Assembly (NCBI GenBank): GCA_028864975.1
Contig: JAGWLG010000006.1
Span: 63,878 to 127,877, forward strand
Reading direction: 5' to 3'
Source of the DNA: Thermoplasmata archaeon
Lineage (GTDB): Archaea > Thermoplasmatota > Thermoplasmata > Lutacidiplasmatales > UBA184
Length of the DNA stretch: 64,000 bases
Part shown: piece by piece, positions 62,377 to 64,000 of the stretch
How the letters are laid out: every line of letters starts with the position of its first letter
Position numbering within the stretch: the stretch's first letter is position 1
Made by a program: the position numbers and the translations under genes
The notes under the pieces: model-generated
The model's database searches: none
Told to the model about the DNA's origin: nothing
Seen by the model: the letters and a program-made list of their open reading frames with translations, nothing else

Positions 62377-64000
62377 TACTATCCTAAGTTTAGATACGGC
62401 ACTTTTCATATAAGTGGACGTCCATCACTCTCTCATGGGACGCCGAAAGACCTGCCCTGGCCACGCTCTCTTGGAGGACCCTCAGGTCCGCCGGTGGTAC
62501 GAGGACCTAGGCCAGGCGGCCCTCTCGACAGCCAACGTCCGCCTCGGCAGACTGGGGAATTTCTGCGAAGCTGCCAAGAAGAGCCCGAAGGCACTTCTCG
62601 CCCTATCCGAGGCCGCTCGACTGGCGGTCCTACAGGATTTCATCCAGGCTGAGCAGCGACGTGGGATGGCAGGATCGTACATCCGATCGACCAGGACCGC
62701 AGTCGCCTCCTACTTCGCATTTGCCGGGAAGAAGCTCTCACGCCTCCCTAAGATTCGGGATGCCTACGGTCGCCCGACTCTCGAGAACGAGATCCTGCCG
62801 TCGCAGGAGGAGCTATCTCGCATCTTCCGCGCGGCAACCCTGCGAGACCGCGCGGCTGCCGCCTTGGTGGCGCATTCGGGGCTGCGCCTCGAGACCCTGG
62901 GGAATTACCGTGGGACGGACGGACTACGTCTTCGGGACTTCCCAGAGCTCCTGATCGAAGGGAAGAAGGTCACAGGACCGACCTCGGGAACCACTGTTTC
63001 GTTCGAGAAGACCCCCACCCTCGTTGTGGTCCGCCCGGGACTCGACAACGAGGGGGGCAGGCTCTCCAAGGCGGGCCATCGCTACATCACGTTCCTCTCT
63101 GAGGAAGGCTGCCGCTACCTCGCCGAGTACCTCGAATCTCGCCTTCGTGAGAGCGCTGCTCAGACGCCGAGCGGGAAGACGTTCAGCGTCCCTGGGGAGG
63201 TTATGTCTCCCGACACCGACGTCATTCATCCCAACGGGCAGGGGCGGGCTCTGGTCAGGGACGATAAGGGTGAGATTGTGCGTGCCCCCGGAGGGCTCGC
63301 TGCCGTAAAGATGTTCGTCACGACCATCAACGCTGGGGACGGAATCCGTAACGCGATCCGAGGCTCGGGTTTCCAATTCAGGCCCTATGCCCTGCGCGAG
63401 TACTGGGAGACTCAGATGGCCACCGCAGAGAACCGTGGCAAGATTGCCCATCGGTTCGTGCTATACATGGGGGGCCACACGGGGGACATCTCTGCCCGTT
63501 ACTCCACAAACCGGGCCCATCTTCCCCCGAGCCTCGTCGAGGAACTTCGGGGGGCCTACCAGCGGTCCGAGCCCTTCCTCTCGACGATCCCGACGAAGAA
63601 CGACACGGCCCAGGCTGTGAACTCCACCCGGATCCTCCTGCTCGGCCTCAAGTATACCGAGGAGGAACTGGCTAAAGTTGACCTCGAGAACCTGACGACC
63701 GCTCAGCTTCAAGAGCTTGTCGCGAAGAAGCTGACTCAGCCTCCTGTCACAACATCCCCGCCTACGGCTCCAAACCCCATGAAGAAGCACAGGGTGGTTC
63801 ACCCCACCGAGGTCAGCAAGTATCTCGATCAGGGTTGGGTCCCGCTGATGAAGCTCAGCGAGACTGAGATTGTGCTCAGCCCACCGGCAGCTTGAGTAGT
63901 CGGTGCCACCCGACGATCTTCGCGGCGTACTCTCGTGTGGGAATGTCGTCGGGCTCCGTTGAGAGGATGATTCTCAACGGGTGCGTTGGAGGCAGGAACT
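62377..64000 (+). mobile_element. probable left end of an integrated element (provirus/ICE/plasmid) at tRNA-Ala
   Basis: Integrase starts 58 bp after the tRNA 3' end; AT-rich junction. The other att site is not in the window. Confidence 0.65.
62435..63895 (+). CDS. tyrosine recombinase / site-specific integrase
   Basis: SAM-like N-terminal region; catalytic pattern HSGLR (R), SKAG (K), YALR (H/YxxR), MGGH, ARY (Y). GTG 62414 is an alternative start. Confidence 0.9.
   Translation: MGRRKTCPGHALLEDPQVRRWYEDLGQAALSTANVRLGRLGNFCEAAKKSPKALLALSEAARLAVLQDFIQAEQRRGMAGSYIRSTRTAVASYFAFAGKKLSRLPKIRDAYGRPTLENEILPSQEELSRIFRAATLRDRAAAALVAHSGLRLETLGNYRGTDGLRLRDFPELLIEGKKVTGPTSGTTVSFEKTPTLVVVRPGLDNEGGRLSKAGHRYITFLSEEGCRYLAEYLESRLRESAAQTPSGKTFSVPGEVMSPDTDVIHPNGQGRALVRDDKGEIVRAPGGLAAVKMFVTTINAGDGIRNAIRGSGFQFRPYALREYWETQMATAENRGKIAHRFVLYMGGHTGDISARYSTNRAHLPPSLVEELRGAYQRSEPFLSTIPTKNDTAQAVNSTRILLLGLKYTEEELAKVDLENLTTAQLQELVAKKLTQPPVTTSPPTAPNPMKKHRVVHPTEVSKYLDQGWVPLMKLSETEIVLSPPAA

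Noticed and set aside
1-64000. Hundreds of alternative-frame and antisense ORFs in the track (Arg/Pro/Gly-rich)
   Set aside because: Expected shadow ORFs in high-GC DNA; they overlap genes with clear family motifs.
1-64000. CRISPR array, rRNA, SRP RNA or transposase
   Set aside because: No regularly spaced direct repeats, rRNA-like tracts, SRP helix-8 motif or DDE/IS200-type ORF were seen.

Overview
High-GC archaeal chromosome segment, most consistent with Thermoplasmata. This is an inference from archaeal-type TIM, RFC-L, ABCE1, prefoldin beta, Pcc1, MptA and a DUF126 aconitase-X small subunit. All family assignments come from motifs read by eye; no database search was run. Most genes are housekeeping or metabolic (tpiA, arcC, purB, idsA, glnA/Lrp, pyk, ppiA, bcp, ABCE1, mptA, rfcL, hutU, an acyl-CoA ligase, MFS transporters). 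There are two tRNAs (Thr-TGT, Ala-TGC), and a tyrosine integrase directly after tRNA-Ala marks the probable start of an integrated element at the window end. Two neighbourhoods stand out. (1) 51953-57694: a TRAFAC-type GTPase and a degenerate (pseudo-GTPase) paralogue, divergently arranged, flanked by a GAP1-N/uDENN(longin)-like protein and a PKD-domain multi-pass membrane protein. (2) 28504-37818: a co-oriented run with a strongly Rab-like small GTPase, a Cys-less V4R/Bet3-like-DUF835 fusion, a PH-like/Zn-ribbon protein, a TauE/SafE-APS kinase fusion, and a Kelch-propeller surface protein with a cytoplasmic longin-like tail. A GOLD-like protein lies nearby at 26003-26368. Other oddities are an ~80-aa GH42-like insertion in RFC-L, a DUF126-Nudix fusion, and a DUF262 (GmrSD-like) protein whose HNH motif looks degenerate. 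No CRISPR array, rRNA or transposase was seen.
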